The translations under genes and the position numbers were made by a program. Of a stretch of 44,187 nt of DNA, positions 8,892 through 17,702 are shown piece after piece (the stretch's first letter is position 1; each line of letters opens with the position of its first letter). The DNA lies in IMG/VR virus record IMGVR_UViG_3300044513_001233, positions 1 through 44,187 of that record; one strand, given 5' to 3'. The DNA is from a virus (taxonomy: Duplodnaviria > Caudoviricetes). Below the pieces are notes generated by a model that worked only from the letters and a program-made list of their open reading frames with translations, had not been told where the DNA came from and ran no database searches.

Positions 8892-9686
8892 ATGACTGAC
8901 ATTAACACTGGTGACGACTCTGTCACTATCGAAAACCCCGCCCCCGCTCCACAGCAAGCCTTTGCTGACGAAGCAGCCGCTGTCTCGCAGGACCGCACGC
9001 CTAACTCGCGTATGTTCTCGCAAGATGAGGTAGAGGCTATTCGTCGTCAAGAAAAGGACAAGTTGTACGACAAGATTTCCAAGTTGCAAGATCAAGTTGA
9101 AATCTTTAATACGGAGCGTGACGAACAAAAGCGTATTGCTGAAGAACTCTCTGCAAAGGAAGCAGAAGAGCGTCGTCTTCGCGAAGAGGAAGAGATGAGC
9201 GCCAAAGAACTCTTAATGAAGAAAGAAGACGAGTTTCAGCAGCGTATTAACACAGCCCAGCAGGAGTGGGAAGAAAAGTTTTCCGCACTCCAAAGCGAGG
9301 CTGATGCACAAAAAGCGCTTCTTGAACAAGAGCGTCGATTCCAAGAATTGGAATCCTACAAGTCTCGGTTAATTGCAGAGAACCAAGAGAACATCATGCC
9401 AGAACTTATGGATTTCGTTAAAGGAAATTCAGAAGAAGAGATTGAAAGCGCAATTTCGGCAGTTGTTGCTCGTACATCTGCTATTGTTGAGAACATCCAA
9501 CAGGCGATGCCTCAGCGGCAAAACCTGAGGGGAGTCCCGGCAACGGGGTCAACCCCGATTGGGCCACTGGAAAACGCAACGGAGCAGCAAACATTTACAT
9601 CGGCGGATATCGCCAATATGTCGATGGAACAGTACGCACAAATCCGAGATCGGCTCTTGGCGCAAGCCTCTTTTAGAGGACGCTAA
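8892..9686 (+). CDS. Capsid scaffolding protein
   Basis: Acidic coiled coil, FSQDEVEAIRRQEKDKLY, C-terminal IANMSMEQYAQIR; lies between portal and capsid genes. Confidence 0.85.
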   Translation: MTDINTGDDSVTIENPAPAPQQAFADEAAAVSQDRTPNSRMFSQDEVEAIRRQEKDKLYDKISKLQDQVEIFNTERDEQKRIAEELSAKEAEERRLREEEEMSAKELLMKKEDEFQQRINTAQQEWEEKFSALQSEADAQKALLEQERRFQELESYKSRLIAENQENIMPELMDFVKGNSEEEIESAISAVVARTSAIVENIQQAMPQRQNLRGVPATGSTPIGPLENATEQQTFTSADIANMSMEQYAQIRDRLLAQASFRGR

Positions 9687-9725
9687 AACATAGTAACCAA
9701 ATAAATCCTACGGAGGATAATTAAC

Positions 9726-10832
9726 ATGGCCCTTCCCTCACCCGCAAGCGGTGCGATTACCACCACCGCTGCTTACAACTCAGGCACTACGCCGTCAACC
9801 AGTGACATCACTGGCTACACGGCTGATGGTGCTGGTCTCTCCCCTGCTATTCAGCAGATTTGGTCTAAGGAGATCTTGTTCCAAGCGATGCCAGTTCTTC
9901 GCTTTGAGCAGTTCGCCGTCAAGAAGACCGAACTTGGTGTTCAGCCCGGTTTGACCATCAACTTCATGCGTTATAACAACCTCGCCGTTGATTCCAACAA
10001 TGCGGAATTGGTCGAGGGTGTTCGCTTGGAACCGACTTCGCTGACCGCATCGCAGATTCAGATCACCGTTAAGGAGCATGGTAAGGCTGTTGCTGTTACC
10101 GAGTTGCTGCTCAACGCATCGTTTGATGACGTCATGGCTTCAGCGTCACGTCTCCTCGGTCGTCACATGGCTCAGTCCATGGACTCGCAGGCACGTAACA
10201 CCTTGTACCAGTCGGCAGTGCCGTTCGGTGGTGGTTCGGCTGTTCCTCCTAGCGTTGTATTCGGTCGCACTGCCGAAACCACTCGTGGCGCTATCTCGCC
10301 ATACGATGCAGGCACGGCAGGTACCGCTGCTTCACCGGGTTACCTCTCACCAGCAACCATCAAGGACGCTGTCGAGGTTCTCGCTGGAGAGAACATCCCA
10401 CGTTTGGGCGACACTTACGTGTGCTTCGTTCACCCGTCACAGAGCCGCTCGCTTCGCGACTGGCCAGAGTTCATCGAAGTCACGAAGTACGCCGCCCCCG
10501 GTAACTTCATGCTCGGTGAAATCGGACGTATCTACGACGTTGTGTTCATTGAGACCACTCAGGTTTCGAAGGGCCTCGACACGGGCATCGCTGCTCTTGA
10601 CTCGGACGCTGGTACTGCCGGTGTTCAAGCCAACGCAGAGGCTTACAACGCAATCATGATTGGTGACAACGCCTTTGGTCACGCCATCAGCCTCCCGGTT
10701 GAACTGCGTGACGGTGGTGTGATCGACTTCGGTCGTGAGCACGGCTTGGCGTGGTACGCCATCTGGGGCTTCGGTATGATCACCGCCGAATCTCGCGTCG
10801 TTATCAACACTCTTGGCGGCGCTATCTCCTGA
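9726..10832 (+). CDS. Major capsid protein (N4 gp56-like HK97 fold)
   Basis: PGLTINFMRY, L.EGV, YVCFVHP, GEIGRIYDVVFIET motifs; strong SD; biased codon use; downstream terminator. Confidence 0.92.
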   Translation: MALPSPASGAITTTAAYNSGTTPSTSDITGYTADGAGLSPAIQQIWSKEILFQAMPVLRFEQFAVKKTELGVQPGLTINFMRYNNLAVDSNNAELVEGVRLEPTSLTASQIQITVKEHGKAVAVTELLLNASFDDVMASASRLLGRHMAQSMDSQARNTLYQSAVPFGGGSAVPPSVVFGRTAETTRGAISPYDAGTAGTAASPGYLSPATIKDAVEVLAGENIPRLGDTYVCFVHPSQSRSLRDWPEFIEVTKYAAPGNFMLGEIGRIYDVVFIETTQVSKGLDTGIAALDSDAGTAGVQANAEAYNAIMIGDNAFGHAISLPVELRDGGVIDFGREHGLAWYAIWGFGMITAESRVVINTLGGAIS

Positions 10833-10852
10833 TAAACCCGACAAGGTAATCA

Positions 10853-10893
10853 CTGAAGGGGCGGGGGCCAACGCCCCCGCCCCTTTAGTTTGT
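10853..10893 (+). terminator. Intrinsic terminator after the capsid gene
   Basis: 16-bp stem CTGAAGGGGCGGGGGC-caac-GCCCCCGCCCCTTTAG (one G-U pair) followed by TTTGT. Confidence 0.85.
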
Positions 10894-10906
10894 ATCGGAG
10901 GAAAGA

Positions 10907-11260
10907 ATGGCGCTAGCAGCAACGTATGGATTGACAATTGACCAAGGTGCGACGTACGGCCAGACTATTACTTGGAAAGACCCCTCTAAAAACGCCATTG
11001 ATCTAACTGGCTACACAGCCCGTATGCAGATTAGAGGCAAAAGGACAAGTACAAGTGCGACGCTGTCTCTAACCACAGAAAACGGAGGCATAACCTTAGG
11101 GGACGCCGAAGGTACTATTGCCCTCTATATATCTGCCACAGATTCTGCTGCTCTTGAAGTTGGTACTTACGTTTATGACTTAGAACTTATTGAACCATCT
11201 GGTGGGGTTCAGAGATTATTGATGGGAAACTTCTTAGTTAGAGGCGAGGTGACTAGGTGA
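10907..11260 (+). CDS. Virion structural protein, Ig-like (BppU/LtfC-like)
   Basis: LTIDQGAT...IDLTGYTARMQIR...YVYDLEL...RLLMG pattern. Confidence 0.75.
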   Translation: MALAATYGLTIDQGATYGQTITWKDPSKNAIDLTGYTARMQIRGKRTSTSATLSLTTENGGITLGDAEGTIALYISATDSAALEVGTYVYDLELIEPSGGVQRLLMGNFLVRGEVTR

Positions 11261-11736
11261 CTAGTACCACTGTTCAAGTTATAGAAACAACTAATACTAT
11301 ACAAATAGTAAATGAACACAATGTTATCGAGATTCCACAAACTGATTACGTTATTGAGGTCACCAGCCCCGGCCCCCAAGGCAAAAGAGGAACAGTATTC
11401 CTGTCTGGAAACGGTCTTCCAACATCAGACGTAGGGGTCGACGGAGACTTCTATATTGATCTAGATGATAGCAGCGCTGTGTATGGCCCCAAGGTAGGCG
11501 GTGTATGGCCTGCCACTCCCACTGGTCGCTTTAGTCAATTCACATTACGCCATACGCACACACAAACATCTCCCTCTGCTACGTGGACAATTACCCACGA
11601 ATTGGGAGGAAAACCTTCAGTCACAGTAGTCGATAGCGCTAATTCGGTAGTAGTAGGTGAGGTAACATACGTAGACAACGAGACCGTTCGCATTGAGTTC
11701 TCAGGGGGTTTCTCTGGGTACGCATACTTAACATAA
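11257..11736 (+). CDS. Virion fibre-associated protein
   Basis: GPQG, G.DGDFYID and WTITHELGGKPSVTVVD motifs. Confidence 0.7.
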   Translation: MTSTTVQVIETTNTIQIVNEHNVIEIPQTDYVIEVTSPGPQGKRGTVFLSGNGLPTSDVGVDGDFYIDLDDSSAVYGPKVGGVWPATPTGRFSQFTLRHTHTQTSPSATWTITHELGGKPSVTVVDSANSVVVGEVTYVDNETVRIEFSGGFSGYAYLT

Positions 11737-11745
11737 GGAGCCGTC

Positions 11746-13164
11746 ATGGCCCAGAAGTACTTGACAAACTTAGATCTCAATCAGAACGAGTTGCAAAATG
11801 CAGTCGTTCAGAATCTGGCGTCTGCCCCCGGTGCTCCTATCGCCGGACAATTGTATTTTGATACAAATGGGAGCCTTAACCATATCAAGGTGTACAACGG
11901 CACCAGTTGGGATGACCTTACTGAAGGTGACATCTCAGGAGTTACCGCTGGTACAGGACTTGCTGGTGGGGGTACTTCTGGAACGGTAACTCTTAACATC
12001 GACACTACGGGTGTCACCGCAGCATCCTATGGTAGTTCCACTGCCATTCCTGTGCTGACTATCAATGCTCAGGGTCAGATTACTGCGGCTAGCACAGCCA
12101 GCATTACTACTACGTTGTCTATCGCTGGTGACGGGGCGACCTCAGACAGCGTTGCCCTCGCAACAGACACCCTGACATTTGCTGGAGACACCGGCATTAC
12201 TGCCACCGTCGCCAGCGACACCGTTACTATCGACCTAGATGACACCGCAGTCACTGTCGGTTCGTATGGTGCGGCTGACACTGTTTCCACGTTCACGGTA
12301 GACCAGCAAGGTCGCCTAACTGCTGCTGGACAAACTTCCATCAGCATCCTGTCTTCGCAGGTTAGCGACCTCAGCAGTAACACTGTTTCATCACTGACCG
12401 GAACCGCTAATGAGGTTGAGGTCAGCGCTTCTACTGGAGCGGTCACTGTTGGCCTACCTAACGACGTCATCATCGGTAATGACCTTACGGTTACAAACGA
12501 TCTTACTGTTAGCGGTAACTTGACGGTAACCGGTACGTCGACCACTGTCGATACCGCCACCCTGACCGTCGAAGACCCGCTCATCATTCTCGGTAGCAAC
12601 AACGACACTACTGATGCCGTCGACATTGGTTTCTACGGTCTGTACGACACTTCTGGTTCGCAGGACCTGTACGCCGGTCTGTTCCGCGACGCTGACGACA
12701 GCGGCAAATTCAAACTGTTCGTTGACTCGCAAACGGCCCCCACTACTACTGTTGACACAGCGGCTACCGGTTACACAATCGGTACTCTCGTTGCCAACGT
12801 CGAAGGCGGTACGGTCAGCGGTCTTACTTCAGATATCGCTGTCGTTGATGGTGGTACTGGTGCAAGCACCGAGACCAATGCCCGTACGAATCTCGGTGTT
12901 TCTACGGGCACCCCAACCACGAGCACTTCTACTCTTGCTCGTATCGCTGCTCAGGACTGCGCCGCTTCATCCGGCTCAACCAGCACGACGACGGTTACCC
13001 ACAACTTCGGTACCAAGGATGTCATCGTACAGGTGTTCGACACCAGCACTGGGGCAACGGTTGTCGGTGACGTAGCACGCGGTACCACCAATGCAGTAAC
13101 AGTGACTCTGAATGGTAGCAGTATTACTTCAGGTGACTACCGTATCGTTGTAACATCGGCATAA
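11746..13164 (+). CDS. Fibre/whisker structural protein
   Basis: T/S/G-rich shaft repeats (GVTAASYG...INAQGQITAA, VDQQGRLTAA); C-terminal VTHNFGTKDVIVQVFD. Confidence 0.75.
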   Translation: MAQKYLTNLDLNQNELQNAVVQNLASAPGAPIAGQLYFDTNGSLNHIKVYNGTSWDDLTEGDISGVTAGTGLAGGGTSGTVTLNIDTTGVTAASYGSSTAIPVLTINAQGQITAASTASITTTLSIAGDGATSDSVALATDTLTFAGDTGITATVASDTVTIDLDDTAVTVGSYGAADTVSTFTVDQQGRLTAAGQTSISILSSQVSDLSSNTVSSLTGTANEVEVSASTGAVTVGLPNDVIIGNDLTVTNDLTVSGNLTVTGTSTTVDTATLTVEDPLIILGSNNDTTDAVDIGFYGLYDTSGSQDLYAGLFRDADDSGKFKLFVDSQTAPTTTVDTAATGYTIGTLVANVEGGTVSGLTSDIAVVDGGTGASTETNARTNLGVSTGTPTTSTSTLARIAAQDCAASSGSTSTTTVTHNFGTKDVIVQVFDTSTGATVVGDVARGTTNAVTVTLNGSSITSGDYRIVVTSA

Positions 13165-13204
13165 TGACATAGCCCCTGAGGGGGCGTAGAAAGGAACCTG
13201 AGTC

Positions 13205-14806
13205 GTGGCTCAGAAGTTCGTTACTCCAGTAACAATTCGTAATTTAACGTCGGCATCCTCTGATGGTCTTGCTGTTTCCGTAGACGGGGATACCAACGAC
13301 CGCATCAAGGTAGAGGCTGGTGGGCGACTTGTCTGGGGGTCAGGTTCCGCTACAGGTGATGCCAACCTATACCGCAGTGGTGTAGGGGCAGTAAAGACCG
13401 ATCACACGTTCGAGGCAGAGTCCGGCGTAATTACACTGACGTCATCCGGTGCCCCCACATCAACTATTGCTGACGGTGCCATAGCCGTTGATACCACTAA
13501 CAGTAAGTTCTATTACCGTTCTAACAGCGCTTGGAACACCATCTCTGGTGGGGCGACCGTGTCGACCACCGCCCCCAGCAACCCATCAGAAGGGGACATC
13601 TGGTTTGACTCCAACACCGGTGACACGTTGGTGTACTACGGAAGTGTGTGGGTTGATGTCGGTGGTTCTTCAGTCGCAAACATCGCGGTACAAACCACCG
13701 CCCCCTCCAATCCAGTAAACGGTGACCTATGGTTTGATACTGATACCGCTAAGACATACGTATGGTATGACGACGGTACTTCAGCACAATGGGTTGAGGT
13801 TGGTGCGGCGAGTGCGGCGGCTTCGGGTACTGATGGTGCTGTTCAGTTTGCTTCGGGTGGCACGTTCTCTAGTGATGCCAGCAATCTGGTTTGGGATGAT
13901 ACGAACAATCGGCTCGGTATCGGCACAACAACACCTAGCCAGCCGCTACACGTTCAGGGCAATGCTCTAATTGAGAGCGGTGGTTTGACTGTGAATGCTG
14001 GTGGCAATACTGTTCTCAACAGAGCAGGTGCTTCAGCAAGCACAGCCGCAGGTGGTCTTGAGTTTCAGATAGACGGGACGACGTATGCGTCGTTACATCA
14101 GCCAAGTGCAGGGTCTTTAAGTACTTCTGCCAATGTCGGTATCGGTACGACGACACCTGCTGCATCTTTGACTGTCACAAGTGGAACTGATGATGCCAAA
14201 GTAAAGATCGACAGTAACGGTGGGAGCGTTGGAACTATTGATGCTACTGCCAACACGAATGATGCAACTGGCCGCTGGTTGTCTATCAACCCTTCTGGCG
14301 GCAATGTCGGTATCGGTACGACGACACCTACCAACACGCTGGATGTCAACGGAGACATCAACGCCACTGGTAAGTTGCGGCTAGGTGGGGCAGCAATTGG
14401 TGACTTAACCAACTACACACCTACGTTGAACTTTTGTTCGTTAGGGAATGGCTCGTATGTTGCACGTTACGCAAAAATAGACAATCTGGTGTATTGGGAG
14501 TTTTACTTGATTGTCGGAAGTACTACCACTATTAGCAACGGTTTCCGACCATCTCTTCCTTTTACTGCTGCAGACGTTACCTATAACCACGGTATGTACG
14601 GCAAGGTGTATGCCCGTGATGCGGCAGTTGGAACGGTGTGGCATGGTGCGTGGTACTTGCAGGAAAGTGGTGCTAATGCTAGACCAATGTTTTATCCAGA
14701 TAATAGTTCTGGGACTTTAAGAGGTTCTGCGACTTTGAGTGCCACGTTTCCTAAGACTTGGGGAAGTAACGACACTATTTATATGAGCGGAGCGTACCTG
14801 ACATGA
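13205..14806 (+). CDS. Fibre protein / receptor-binding protein
   Basis: Two APSNP..GD.WFD..T repeats, three G(N/R)xGIGTTTP repeats, aromatic-rich C-terminal head. Confidence 0.75.
   Translation: MAQKFVTPVTIRNLTSASSDGLAVSVDGDTNDRIKVEAGGRLVWGSGSATGDANLYRSGVGAVKTDHTFEAESGVITLTSSGAPTSTIADGAIAVDTTNSKFYYRSNSAWNTISGGATVSTTAPSNPSEGDIWFDSNTGDTLVYYGSVWVDVGGSSVANIAVQTTAPSNPVNGDLWFDTDTAKTYVWYDDGTSAQWVEVGAASAAASGTDGAVQFASGGTFSSDASNLVWDDTNNRLGIGTTTPSQPLHVQGNALIESGGLTVNAGGNTVLNRAGASASTAAGGLEFQIDGTTYASLHQPSAGSLSTSANVGIGTTTPAASLTVTSGTDDAKVKIDSNGGSVGTIDATANTNDATGRWLSINPSGGNVGIGTTTPTNTLDVNGDINATGKLRLGGAAIGDLTNYTPTLNFCSLGNGSYVARYAKIDNLVYWEFYLIVGSTTTISNGFRPSLPFTAADVTYNHGMYGKVYARDAAVGTVWHGAWYLQESGANARPMFYPDNSSGTLRGSATLSATFPKTWGSNDTIYMSGAYLT
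14131..14329 (+). repeat. Exact 28-nt direct repeat encoding NVGIGTTTP
   Basis: caatgtcggtatcggtacgacgacacct at 14131-14158 and 14302-14329. Confidence 0.9.
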
Positions 14807-15042
14807 TTGTCGATCTAAATGATGAGTTTGATTTTATTTCTCCGCTCCCAGAGGAATGGCTAATTTTGCGTATGAGAAATGCTAGGGATCAGTTGCTTGC
14901 CTCAAGCGATTATCGTATGGTTTCTGATGCGCCGTGGAATATAGAGGCGTGGGGAGCCTACCGTCAAGCACTACGAGACTTCCCCGCTACTTGGACACCA
15001 TCCGACACCGCCGATTTTCCTGACCCGCCGGAGGCTAACTGA
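14803..15042 (+). CDS. Tail fibre assembly chaperone
   Basis: RNARDQLLASSD...W.AYRQALRDFP signature. Confidence 0.85.
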   Translation: MIVDLNDEFDFISPLPEEWLILRMRNARDQLLASSDYRMVSDAPWNIEAWGAYRQALRDFPATWTPSDTADFPDPPEAN

Positions 15043-16340
15043 TGCCGTTAAGTTTCCCCTCCAGCCCCTCTGTAAACGACACTTACACAGTAAGTGGGCG
15101 CACGTACATCTGGGATGGAACTGCTTGGCGTACCGTTAAATACCCTATTCCTACTTCGGTCCCCTCCCTAGACGTAACGGGGGACCTGACTAGCGATACA
15201 GACACGTTGTACATTGACTCAACCAATGATCGTGTAGGTATCGGCACTTCGTCCCCCGCTACTGATCTTGATGTTGTAGGAACGACCGATACTGATTATC
15301 TAAAGGTCGCTGGGCAGAATGTGACCCCGTATACGGGTAAACGGAACCTGTTGATTAATGGTGCGATGCAGGTGTACCAGCGGGCATCAAGCGGAGCGGT
15401 CGGTGCGTCTGAGGGTTACAGGTGCGCTGATAGGTGGAAATCTTATTGCACAGTAAATGCGGGTGGAACGCTGTCTGTTAATACAACCGATGCCCCCGAA
15501 GGTTTCAACAACTCTCTCAACTACGCCTGCTCATCAGCAGAAGCGACCGCAACTAACGAGACTTTTGTTTCACAGGTACTTGAGGGGCAGGATGTACAAC
15601 ACATCGGTTACGGCAAATCGTGGTGCAAGGAAGTAACTGTTTCATTTTGGGTGAAGTCAAATGTGACAGGGACATTTAATGCTTGGTTCTTTCGATGGGA
15701 CGGCTCTCGTCACATCGGTCGTTCCTACACAATCAACTCTGCGGACACTTGGGAATACAAAACCGTACTCGTCCCCGCAGAGACCTCAAACGCAGTAGCA
15801 AACGACAACAGTCAGGGTTTTGAAGCACGCTTTTATCTAGGAGCGCAGGCAGCATGGACTGGTGGTACGGAGGCTTCGTCGTGGTCTAGTGTTTCTGACG
15901 GCAATCGCGCTCCCGGTAATGCAAATATCAACTCCAGCACATCTAATTATTGGCGGATTACAGGAGTACAGGTTGAGGTTGGTGATAAGGCGACCCCGTT
16001 TGAACATCGTTCCTTTGGAGAAGAATTAGTGTTGTGCCACCGGTACTATTACAAAGGCTCATCTATTGAAACAGCCACGCACTATATAAGCGGTGTGTAC
16101 TACTCGGTTCACTCTATGCCGCAACCGATGCGAGCAAACCCAACAATAACTCTTCCCCTAGCGAGCAGTCTCTACCTGAACACCGTCGGCAGTTGGGTTA
16201 CAGGGACATCCACATCGTTGCTTACAAATTACGGCACATCTCAATTCATTAACATTAGAAGTGGGGTAAGCACAGGTTTTGGTGTTGGTTCCGGCGTACT
16301 TTGTCAAGCATCTAATTTTGAAGCATCAGCGGAGTTGTAA
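15042..16340 (+). CDS. Fibre protein with carbohydrate-binding-like domain
   Basis: MPLSFPSSPS N-module; RNLLINGAMQVYQR...ADRW...GVQVEVGDKATPFEHRSFGEEL.LC.RYY. Confidence 0.75.
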   Translation: MPLSFPSSPSVNDTYTVSGRTYIWDGTAWRTVKYPIPTSVPSLDVTGDLTSDTDTLYIDSTNDRVGIGTSSPATDLDVVGTTDTDYLKVAGQNVTPYTGKRNLLINGAMQVYQRASSGAVGASEGYRCADRWKSYCTVNAGGTLSVNTTDAPEGFNNSLNYACSSAEATATNETFVSQVLEGQDVQHIGYGKSWCKEVTVSFWVKSNVTGTFNAWFFRWDGSRHIGRSYTINSADTWEYKTVLVPAETSNAVANDNSQGFEARFYLGAQAAWTGGTEASSWSSVSDGNRAPGNANINSSTSNYWRITGVQVEVGDKATPFEHRSFGEELVLCHRYYYKGSSIETATHYISGVYYSVHSMPQPMRANPTITLPLASSLYLNTVGSWVTGTSTSLLTNYGTSQFINIRSGVSTGFGVGSGVLCQASNFEASAEL

Positions 16341-16564
16341 TGACATACGAAACATACACCCACACATTTACTGGCACTTCATACACCGTCATCGTCCGAT
16401 CTGATGGTGCTTGGATTCCTGTCGATTCCGCTAATGCAGAATACCAACTCTACTTAGAGTGGGTAGCAGACGGGAACACCGCCACGACCTACTCTCCCGG
16501 TTCTGCAGAAATATACTCTGCCCCCACAGATTCTGAAATCATGTTCACCATGGAGGTCATCTAA
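16340..16564 (+). CDS. Small fibre chaperone-like protein
   Basis: IP.D.AN.EYQ.YLEWVA.GNT motif; TAATG coupling. Confidence 0.7.
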   Translation: MTYETYTHTFTGTSYTVIVRSDGAWIPVDSANAEYQLYLEWVADGNTATTYSPGSAEIYSAPTDSEIMFTMEVI

Positions 16565-16923
16565 TGGCAATGTCATACAAGAGGCTCGCCGGTCCGCTGA
16601 CCGCGACAACTTCTACCACATCTATCTATACCGTCCCCCAAGACACCACAACAGTCATCAAGGAGTTCATCTTCACGAACTACTCTGCTGGGTCAGCAAC
16701 AATCACTGTGTACATCAAAGAGGCAGGGGTTGCCCTCGCAGATGGTCACATCATGATCTCAGACCTGTCACTAGCAGCGGATGAAACCTTCTCCATGTCG
16801 GCATCTATTGTTCTCCACAATGACGGCGGCACGGCAAGCGACACCACTTCCGACCAGATCCACATTGTCGCCAGTGCTGGTACAGCCATCAATGTTGTTA
16901 TGAACGGAATTGAGGATGCCTAA
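16564..16923 (+). CDS. Small virion beta-sandwich protein
   Basis: IYTVP...TVIKEFIFTN...INVVMNGIE pattern. Confidence 0.65.
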   Translation: MAMSYKRLAGPLTATTSTTSIYTVPQDTTTVIKEFIFTNYSAGSATITVYIKEAGVALADGHIMISDLSLAADETFSMSASIVLHNDGGTASDTTSDQIHIVASAGTAINVVMNGIEDA

Positions 16924-17702
16924 TGGGTCGATTCCATCGCCGCAACCGTGGCGGACGAGGTAAGCAACTTCTCTTCCCATCTACGGTTATTCAAGACGCC
17001 GCAGTTGAAACCTTAGAGAACTCTGACCTCGCCAACCCTGTTTATGGTTCTGGTGTTGACGGAAGTATCAACTTGGCTGGGGCCAGTTCAGGTACCACCG
17101 CTATCACGGGTTCCGGTTCTTCGTACACTCTTACCCGTGATATCTTTTGCCGTTACTTGAAACTAGATAAGAACGTGCATTTGAATACCAACGGTTACCG
17201 TGTTTTCGTGCAGGGTACGTTGACTTTGGACTCTGGTTCTCGTATCGGATTCACGACAGGGTTTGCCACAGCAGGAAGTATCGCCCAAGGTGGTGCTGTC
17301 GATACCTCTGTTACCCATAGTTTAGGGGGCGATAGCGCTACCCAAACAGCCACTGCCCCCACTTCCGGTACAGGTGGGACCAACTTTTACAAGCAGCCGA
17401 TGCAGGCTGTCCGTGGTTACTCCATTACTGCCACTTCAACTACTCCCTCCTTTTTACGTGGAGGTGCCGGAGGTACGGCAGGTGCTGGTGGAGGTGTAGT
17501 TATTGTCGCCGCTAGGTACATCAGCGCAGTAGGTAGCACTTGTTACGTATCCGCCCCCGGCACATCCGGCTCTGGGGGAGGTGGAGGAGGTACAGTAATG
17601 GTTATCTCTTCTGCATCTTCTCTCACTTCACCGATCTCTACTGACGTCACCGGCGGTACTGGCTGCTCGTCAGGAACGGTTATCTATATGCAGGTGCCGT
17701 AA
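16923..17702 (+). CDS. Glycine-rich adhesin-like structural protein
   Basis: YGSGVDGSI...TNGYRVFVQGTLT, GGAGG/GGGVVIV motifs; paralogous to the N- and C-terminal parts of the next gene. Confidence 0.7.
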   Translation: MGRFHRRNRGGRGKQLLFPSTVIQDAAVETLENSDLANPVYGSGVDGSINLAGASSGTTAITGSGSSYTLTRDIFCRYLKLDKNVHLNTNGYRVFVQGTLTLDSGSRIGFTTGFATAGSIAQGGAVDTSVTHSLGGDSATQTATAPTSGTGGTNFYKQPMQAVRGYSITATSTTPSFLRGGAGGTAGAGGGVVIVAARYISAVGSTCYVSAPGTSGSGGGGGGTVMVISSASSLTSPISTDVTGGTGCSSGTVIYMQVP